Source of the DNA: an uncultured Prevotellaceae bacterium
Lineage (GTDB): Bacteria; Bacteroidota; Bacteroidia; Bacteroidales; Bacteroidaceae
Direction: 5' to 3'
NCBI GenBank assembly: GCA_946415525.1
Contig: CAMKSZ010000001.1
Location: forward strand, 1 to 45,220
DNA length: 45,220 bases
Below are positions 38,882-45,220 of the stretch, piece by piece. Numbering within the stretch: position 1 is the first letter of the stretch; every line of letters begins with the position of its first letter. Both the position numbers and the translations under genes were made by a program. Below the pieces are notes generated by a model. The model did no database searches. It worked only from the letters and a program-made list of their open reading frames with translations, and was not told the origin of the DNA.

Positions 38882-40468
38882 TCATTCATCCAATCTCTTG
38901 TATTCGAAGCAGTCGAAATCGACGTATCCCCCCAAGCGTTTTGTAGCATAGCAGAAAAGGGCGAATTTGGTGCCCATGAAGAGGCGGCGATAGTCGAACT
39001 GCATCTTGTAGGGAGTTCCGATTTGCGTCCACTCCTTGCCGTCGAGGCTGTAATGGAAAGTCGCCATGTCGCTCCCTTTTCGGAAGTCCGCATCGATTCG
39101 GAGCCATATTTGCGACTGTCGCAAGGCGACGCGCTCCTGTTCCTTCACCTCCACTTTCTCCACCGCTTTTTCCCTGTTCGAGAGGTCAACCACCTGTTGT
39201 GTCATGGACAAGAAAAGTTTTCTCCCCTCCTTGCTGACGGTGAGCACGCCAGAATGTCCGTTGAAGGCAGCGAATCCGGTGCAATCGCCATCTTTCAGAC
39301 GGGAAAGGTCAAGTTTGACAGAAGCGGTACATTGTGGTCCCTCCATCCTTTGGGTGAGTGTATTGGGCGCAAGATAGAGATTATCCACCACCCTCGAAGT
39401 TTTCAATCTCAAGAATCCTGTCCGCTCCTTCAGCGACCACGCCCCGTCAACCGGGTTGTGGTTCCACTGCCAATGGATGTCCATGTCCGGATGGTCGAAA
39501 CCATCGCTCACCACCAAGGGTTGGTCGGGCACCCCACTGACAATCCGCCGCATATATGGAGGGATTTTCCCCTCTTCGTCGCCCAGCATCGGCCAGCCGT
39601 CAATCCATCTACAAGGCATCAGTGTCAGCACCCGTCCCACGGCCCCACGGTCTTGGAAGATGACGCCATACCAGTCGCCATCCTTGGAATCGACAATCGT
39701 GCCCTGCCCCACATAGGGGAATCCTCCGAAATCAGCCTCGAGGATGACTTTCTTCTCATAAGGTCCATGAATATCGTCGGCACGGTAGCACACCTCCCGG
39801 CGATGACGTCCCGGCGCATAGACATGCGAAATCATCAGCAAATAATATTTACCGTTGTGCTTCACCATCCTCGACCCCTCCAAGAGTCCCTTCTCGTCCT
39901 CTTCACGTTGGAAGATTTTCATACGCGACCCTTCGACAATGCCCGAGAGGTCAGGCTTCAACTCGCACATCTCACCCGTACCATAGTTGACATACACCCG
40001 TCCGTCGTCATCGAAGAAGAGAGAAGCATCATGGAAATGCGGCAACCGCGACACCAAGGTCCACGAGGTTGTCGGGTCCTTGGTGGTATAGATATAGGTG
40101 TCGCCCATGCTCCCCTGTTCGTTGGGAGCAAAGAGCACATAGAACTGTCCGTTATGGTATTTGAGCGAAGTAGCCCATTGTCCACGACCATAGACCGTCC
40201 CCTCGCGCAAGTCATATTTGGGCGAGTCGGTCAGTTTGTCGTACACATAACTCACCGTTTCCCAATTTGCCAAGTCGCGCGAGCGCATGATGGGCGCCCC
40301 TGGCATGAGGTGCATGGTGGTGGAAACGAGGTAGAAATAGCCATCGACACAAATGATGTCTGGGTCGGGCAAGTCAGCCCATAGCATTGGGTTGGCGATT
40401 TTTCCGTCTTCAGCCCTTGCCGACAGGCAAGCGACCAATGCCAAAACGAGATACGCGATTTTTTTCAT
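38882..40468 (-). CDS. GH43 arabinofuranosidase/xylosidase (resembles AXH-d3/GH43_10 type)
   Basis: NPMLWADLPDPDII, TTMHLMPG, YGRGQWATSL, HDASLFFDDDG, LEGS, plus a C-terminal beta-sandwich (WQWNHNP). Confidence 0.85.
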   Translation of the reverse strand: MKKIAYLVLALVACLSARAEDGKIANPMLWADLPDPDIICVDGYFYLVSTTMHLMPGAPIMRSRDLANWETVSYVYDKLTDSPKYDLREGTVYGRGQWATSLKYHNGQFYVLFAPNEQGSMGDTYIYTTKDPTTSWTLVSRLPHFHDASLFFDDDGRVYVNYGTGEMCELKPDLSGIVEGSRMKIFQREEDEKGLLEGSRMVKHNGKYYLLMISHVYAPGRHRREVCYRADDIHGPYEKKVILEADFGGFPYVGQGTIVDSKDGDWYGVIFQDRGAVGRVLTLMPCRWIDGWPMLGDEEGKIPPYMRRIVSGVPDQPLVVSDGFDHPDMDIHWQWNHNPVDGAWSLKERTGFLRLKTSRVVDNLYLAPNTLTQRMEGPQCTASVKLDLSRLKDGDCTGFAAFNGHSGVLTVSKEGRKLFLSMTQQVVDLSNREKAVEKVEVKEQERVALRQSQIWLRIDADFRKGSDMATFHYSLDGKEWTQIGTPYKMQFDYRRLFMGTKFALFCYATKRLGGYVDFDCFEYKRLDE

Positions 40469-40469
40469 G

Positions 40470-43046
40470 TTATTCTATGGTGATGGTTTTACGTTTCAAG
40501 TCCTTGTCCAGCGAACTATTGCCATAGAGCAATTCATAACGTCCTGGTTTGACGCGCATGGTGTTGGTGGACGAGTCGAAGAATTCAAACGACTTTCTCG
40601 TCAACTTGAGTGAGACAGACGCCGTCTGACCAGCCTTGACATTGACACGCTGGAAGGCCCGCAGCGACTTCAAGGGACCGTCGGCATCGGAGAGGTCGCG
40701 AATGTATAGTTGTACTATTTCGTCGCCATCTCTTTTACCCGTGTTCTTCACATCCACGGTGAGCGCCCCGTTGCCATCTTTTCCGATGTCCCATCTCTCA
40801 TTGCCAATTTCGAAAGACGTATAACTCATGCCATATCCAAAGGCGAAGAGCGGGTCGGAGAAATAGCGGTAAGTGCGCCCTTTCATGGAATAGTCCTCAT
40901 AGTCGGGCAGTTGGTTCGACGACTTATAGAATGTGACCGGCAATTTTCCACCAGGGTTGTAGTCGCCGAAGAGCACGTCGGCGATTGCCGTTCCACCCTC
41001 CTGACCAGCATACCACACCTGCACGATGGCGTCGCACGTCTCCGTCTCAGGCAACAAGGCAATGGCAGAGCCCGAGCAGTTGACGAAAACCACCGTCTTT
41101 CCAGCCTCCTTGAGAGCCTTGAGGAATTTGCGCTGCACGGCAGGCAGTTCGATATTTGTACGGTCTCCGCCACGGAAGCCCTCGATGTCAACCGGCATCT
41201 CCTCGCCTTCGAGAGCGGCAGATATGCCCCCCACGAAAACGACGGTCTGTATGCCCTCCAATTGTCGGATGATCGCCTCATAGTCGATGTCCAGTTCCTT
41301 GGCGACATTGATTTTCATATTCGCCCCCCATGTCTTGACATAGGCGAAGCGCACCTCGATGTGGCAAGGCTTGCCTTTCTCTCCCTGGATAACTGTCCTC
41401 GTGGGTGTCGTGCGCCAGGTATGTTGTCTGACCTTTCTCTCCCCATCGACATACACCTCGAAATGTCCGCATCCTTCGACATTGACGACATACTCACCCG
41501 TTTCAGCAGGGGTGAAATCCGTCTCGTACTTGGCAGAGAAATCCTCGATGTTGACACCAGGCGCGAAATTGTGCATGCCTGCCGTCGTCACGGCGACAGG
41601 AGAAGAATAGTACTGTGTGGTAACGGGTTTTCCAGTCATCTCGGTGTTGTTCCAGAAGGTGCCACGGATGCCCTTCTTCCCCCCAAAGGCACATTGCGAA
41701 GCGAGCAGGCAGTCCATCACCTTGTTGTAAGTGAGGTCGCACCCCGGCAGGTACTTCACCTTTTTTTGCTTTGTCTTGATGCCGTCGAGGATGGTCACGG
41801 TGTGGTTGGGCGTTCCGTTGTAGTTGCCCCACATCATAGGAGCGTCGGCGGCATTCGGTCCAATGACAGCAATGGTCTGTTTCCCCTTGTTCAACGGCAG
41901 CACATTGCCTTTGTTCTGCAAGAGCACGATAGACTGCCGCGCCATGTCGAGAGCGATTTGCCGATGAGGTTTGGAATCCATTACCGAATAAGGGATGCGC
42001 GACCACTCCACCAGTGCCGGGTCGTCCATCTCGCCGAGGTCGAAACGACCTTCAAGCAGTCGCACCACATGTTTGTCCACCTCCTTTTCTGAGATAAGTC
42101 CCTTTCGAACAGCCTCAGGAATGCTTCTATAAGCATATCCATAGCCACATTCCACGTCGGTGCCCGCCAAGGTAGCCTTGGCAGAGGCGTGGACAGGCGA
42201 CGACGAACTCTTGTGGCTGTCGTAGAAATCGCTGATGGCGCCGCAGTCGCTGACCACGAGATATTGGAATCCCCATTCGTCGCGCAATATTTGCTGCAGC
42301 AATCGGCTACTGCCACAGCAAGGGTCGTCGTCGAGTCGTTGGTAGGCACACATCACCTCCCTCACCTTCGCCTCCTCTACCAAAGTCTTGAAAGCAGGCA
42401 TGTAAGTCTCCCAGAAGTCGCGAGGCGACACATCAGTGAGGTTGGCGCTATGGCGCGTATATTCGGGTCCGCTGTGCACGGCATAGTGCTTGGCGCACGC
42501 CCAAAGTTTGCGGTATTTCGACGACTCAGGGCCTTGCAGTCCCCTCACCACCTGCGTTCCCATGACAGAGGTAAGATAGGGATCCTCGCCATACGTCTCC
42601 TGCCCCCTTCCCCATCTTGGGTCGCGGAAGATATTGACATTGGGAGTCCAGACAGAGAGGCTGTGGAATTTCTCATCCTCTCCCCCATTGAGCATACGAT
42701 GATTGTATTGGGCACGAAATTCGGTGCTTGCAGCATCGAAGACCTTGTAGAGCAAATCGGGATTGAACGACGAAGCCATGGCGACGGGTTCGGGGAACAC
42801 AGTGACATTCCCCATGTTGGCAGCCCCGTGGAGCGCCTCACTCCACCAGAAAAACTTCTTGATGCCCATTCTCGGAATGGCAGGGCTCTCGTCGAGCATG
42901 AGTTGGGCTTTTTCTTCCAAAGTCAGTCTCGAACATAGGTCAACCGCCCTCTCCCGAGCGCTCAGATTGGGATTCTTATAGGGCAAATCCTGTGCCGACA
43001 CGCCTGTGGCCAGCACCATGAGCAAAGCAAATAGATAGTGTCTCAT
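40470..43046 (-). CDS. xyl3A: GH3 xylan 1,4-beta-xylosidase with PA14 insertion (paralog of 3691-6258)
   Basis: WTPNVNIFRDPRWGRGQETYGEDP, KHYAVHSGPE, VSDCGAI, LEGEE. Confidence 0.9.
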   Translation of the reverse strand: MRHYLFALLMVLATGVSAQDLPYKNPNLSARERAVDLCSRLTLEEKAQLMLDESPAIPRMGIKKFFWWSEALHGAANMGNVTVFPEPVAMASSFNPDLLYKVFDAASTEFRAQYNHRMLNGGEDEKFHSLSVWTPNVNIFRDPRWGRGQETYGEDPYLTSVMGTQVVRGLQGPESSKYRKLWACAKHYAVHSGPEYTRHSANLTDVSPRDFWETYMPAFKTLVEEAKVREVMCAYQRLDDDPCCGSSRLLQQILRDEWGFQYLVVSDCGAISDFYDSHKSSSSPVHASAKATLAGTDVECGYGYAYRSIPEAVRKGLISEKEVDKHVVRLLEGRFDLGEMDDPALVEWSRIPYSVMDSKPHRQIALDMARQSIVLLQNKGNVLPLNKGKQTIAVIGPNAADAPMMWGNYNGTPNHTVTILDGIKTKQKKVKYLPGCDLTYNKVMDCLLASQCAFGGKKGIRGTFWNNTEMTGKPVTTQYYSSPVAVTTAGMHNFAPGVNIEDFSAKYETDFTPAETGEYVVNVEGCGHFEVYVDGERKVRQHTWRTTPTRTVIQGEKGKPCHIEVRFAYVKTWGANMKINVAKELDIDYEAIIRQLEGIQTVVFVGGISAALEGEEMPVDIEGFRGGDRTNIELPAVQRKFLKALKEAGKTVVFVNCSGSAIALLPETETCDAIVQVWYAGQEGGTAIADVLFGDYNPGGKLPVTFYKSSNQLPDYEDYSMKGRTYRYFSDPLFAFGYGMSYTSFEIGNERWDIGKDGNGALTVDVKNTGKRDGDEIVQLYIRDLSDADGPLKSLRAFQRVNVKAGQTASVSLKLTRKSFEFFDSSTNTMRVKPGRYELLYGNSSLDKDLKRKTITIE

Positions 43047-43078
43047 TGTATTTGAAATTTTAATAATGTTTTCGACGC

Positions 43079-43086
43079 CAAAGATA
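43079..43086 (-). promoter_or_regulatory. -7 element TATCTTTG for GH3-GH43
   Basis: TAnnTTTG match about 30 nt upstream of the start. Confidence 0.55.
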
Positions 43087-43234
43087 CGACTTTTTTCTGT
43101 TGCACTCCATCGTTTTTATTCCCAATACTTTTAAAAAAATATCATGATGGGGGTATGAAGGTTATATAGGGGACGTGAAATGCATGAAAGGAAAGAAAAA
43201 CACCTATAGATTTTAATGATGTTGTCTTTTTTTG

Positions 43235-43242
43235 TAATTTTG
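43235..43242 (+). promoter_or_regulatory. -7 element TAATTTTG for the TonB receptor
   Basis: TAnnTTTG match upstream of the gene. Confidence 0.55.
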
Positions 43243-43310
43243 CAGAGAAAATGCCAATTGCCATGAGCAATGCATCCAAGAAGTTTTCCATCAAGACCAA
43301 TTTTCAACAA

Positions 43311-45191
43311 ATGAAAATAATATTTACCTTGCTCGCCGCCATGATGGCGAGTTTCCCATTGACACCCTCTCATGCCATGGCGATGGCAGAGGAAACAGAT
43401 GACAGTCTTTCGTTGCAAGAAGTCGTGGTGACCGGCACACGCAATGCCGTGGATGTGCGCCACCTGCCCATGACGGTGACAGTGGTGGACCGTGAACTAC
43501 TCACCCAGCAACACCAAACTTCCGTGTTGCCGACTGTGATGCAACAAGTGCCCGGTCTCTTCGTCACCAGTCGTTCGATGATGGGCTATGGCGTTTCCAC
43601 GGGAGCCGCCGGCGGCATCAACCTCCGTGGCATCACAGGTGGTGCCGGTCAGTTGCTCGTCTTGATTGACGGTCATCCCCAGTACAACGGCGTTTATGGT
43701 CATCCCATCTCCGACAGTTACCAGACACTGATGGCCGACCGGGTGGAAGTGCTCCGCGGTCCTGCATCGGTGCTCTACGGTTCGAATGCGATGGGCGGCG
43801 TGCTCAACATTGTCACCCGCTCGATGCACGGTGACGGTGTGAAGACCACCATCGACTTAGGCGCAGGCAGTTACGGCACCGTCCAAGCCGAAGCCACCAA
43901 CCAAGTGCGTTCCGGCAGATGGAGCAGCACCGTCGCCGCCCAATATGGTCGCACCGACAACCACCGTCCGCGGATGGGATTCGAGCAATATGGAGGTTAT
44001 CTGAAACTCGGCTATGACATCACTCCCCACTGGAACGCCTATTTGGACGCCGACGTCACCCATTTCAACAGCAGTTACCCCGGTGCCGTGACGAGTCCGC
44101 TCTACGATGCCGACCAATGGATTACCCGCGGCGTGGTGTCTGCCGCCATAGAAAACCACTACAACCGCACAAGCGGAGCACTGAGCGTATATTCCAACTT
44201 CGGACGCCACAAAATAGACGACGGCACCGCCAACGCCGCCCAACCGACGCAGCGATATTTCCGTTCGAAAGACGCTCTGACAGGCATCTCGTGGTATCAG
44301 AGTGCACAGTTGTTTGAAGGCAACCGCGTGACAGCCGGCATCGACTACCAGCACATCTACGGCAAAGCCTATTACACCTCGAAGCAAACCGGCGAGGAAC
44401 TTGAGACGCAGAACAAGCAAAGCGGCCGTTCCTACCGCAACGAAATCGCCGGCTATGTGGACTTCCGTCAAGACATCACCCATTGGTTGACCTTCGATGC
44501 CGGCGTACGTCTCGACCACCACAGCGTGACGGGTACGGAATGGGTGCCGCAGGTAGGCGTTGTGGTACGTCCGCTTTCGACCGGCGAGGTGAAGGCCATG
44601 GCCAGTAAAGGATTCCGCAACCCCACCATGCGGGAGATGTACCTCTATCCACCCTCCAACGAAGAACTTGCCCCTGAGCGGATATGGAACTACGAGATAT
44701 CGTGGCGCCACAGAATAAGTGCGTTCAACTACGGTGTCAACATCTTTTATATAAAAGGCGACAACATGATACAGACCGTGAACCGCAAGAATGTGAACAC
44801 GGGAGAGATAGAAAACTACGGTGCGGAGTTTGAGGCCTCATGGCGTATCGACAGTCACTGGCGACTGAGCACCAACCACTCGTTGCTCCACATGGAGCAT
44901 CCCGTGATAGCCGCCCCCACCTACAAGGGATTTTTAGGAGCCGACTATCACTGTTCGAAATGGACTGTGAGTACAGGTCTGCAATATATCGGTGGACTTT
45001 ACACCGCCGTAGGCGACAACGAGCAGAAAGAGAATTTCTGTCTGTTGAACGCATCAGTCGGCTACGCCGTGGCGTCGGGCATCAACCTCTGGGTACGAGG
45101 CGAGAACCTCCTGGCCCAAAGTTATGAAATCAACCTCGGCTACCCGATGCCGCGTGCCACCTTCATGGGTGGCGTTAACGTGAGTTTCTGA
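43311..45191 (+). CDS. TonB-dependent receptor (non-SusC, metal/cofactor type)
   Basis: Signal peptide from MKIIF; LQEVVVTG; plug motif RVEVLRGPASVLYGSNAMGGVLNIVT; ENLL; terminal Phe. Confidence 0.92.
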   Translation: MKIIFTLLAAMMASFPLTPSHAMAMAEETDDSLSLQEVVVTGTRNAVDVRHLPMTVTVVDRELLTQQHQTSVLPTVMQQVPGLFVTSRSMMGYGVSTGAAGGINLRGITGGAGQLLVLIDGHPQYNGVYGHPISDSYQTLMADRVEVLRGPASVLYGSNAMGGVLNIVTRSMHGDGVKTTIDLGAGSYGTVQAEATNQVRSGRWSSTVAAQYGRTDNHRPRMGFEQYGGYLKLGYDITPHWNAYLDADVTHFNSSYPGAVTSPLYDADQWITRGVVSAAIENHYNRTSGALSVYSNFGRHKIDDGTANAAQPTQRYFRSKDALTGISWYQSAQLFEGNRVTAGIDYQHIYGKAYYTSKQTGEELETQNKQSGRSYRNEIAGYVDFRQDITHWLTFDAGVRLDHHSVTGTEWVPQVGVVVRPLSTGEVKAMASKGFRNPTMREMYLYPPSNEELAPERIWNYEISWRHRISAFNYGVNIFYIKGDNMIQTVNRKNVNTGEIENYGAEFEASWRIDSHWRLSTNHSLLHMEHPVIAAPTYKGFLGADYHCSKWTVSTGLQYIGGLYTAVGDNEQKENFCLLNASVGYAVASGINLWVRGENLLAQSYEINLGYPMPRATFMGGVNVSF

Positions 45192-45220
45192 CCATTTTCC
45201 TTCATTCCTTCCATAAAGGC

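Noticed and set aside
43090-43310. Cobalamin or TPP riboswitch upstream of the TonB receptor
   Set aside because: The leader after the -7 element is under 70 nt and lacks the conserved motifs.

Overview
Chromosomal window from a Bacteroidota (Prevotella-like, probably gut or rumen) genome, judged from the TTTG-N19-20-TAnnTTTG promoters, the rpmB-rpmG-DUF4295-ftsY-rimO gene order, lnb-secA and the CAZyme content. Most of it is housekeeping or catabolic: ribosomal proteins, ftsY, rimO, secA, lnb, feoAB, lutABC, kdgK-eda, a 5'-nucleotidase, two GH3 xylosidases, GH43, GH106, GH2 and a TonB-dependent receptor. I found no tRNA, rRNA, CRISPR array, integrase or transposase. The most unusual items are: (1) a ~1200-aa sensor kinase that looks like two fused kinases with complementary defects, in an operon with a REC-HTH regulator and an AbgT-like membrane protein; (2) an AT-rich left-edge module (promoter, orphan ORF, structured RNA with terminator, highly divergent sigma-like protein) that looks attenuator-controlled; (3) two convergent membrane proteins joining HU-like domains to peptidoglycan-binding domains, flanking a degenerate Zn-ribbon/FHA gene; (4) an RpoD paralog lacking the Trp-Trp melting motif and most of region 3; (5) two intergenic arrays with a CG exactly every 8 bp that share a palindromic core. 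All family calls come from motif recognition by eye, not from database searches.
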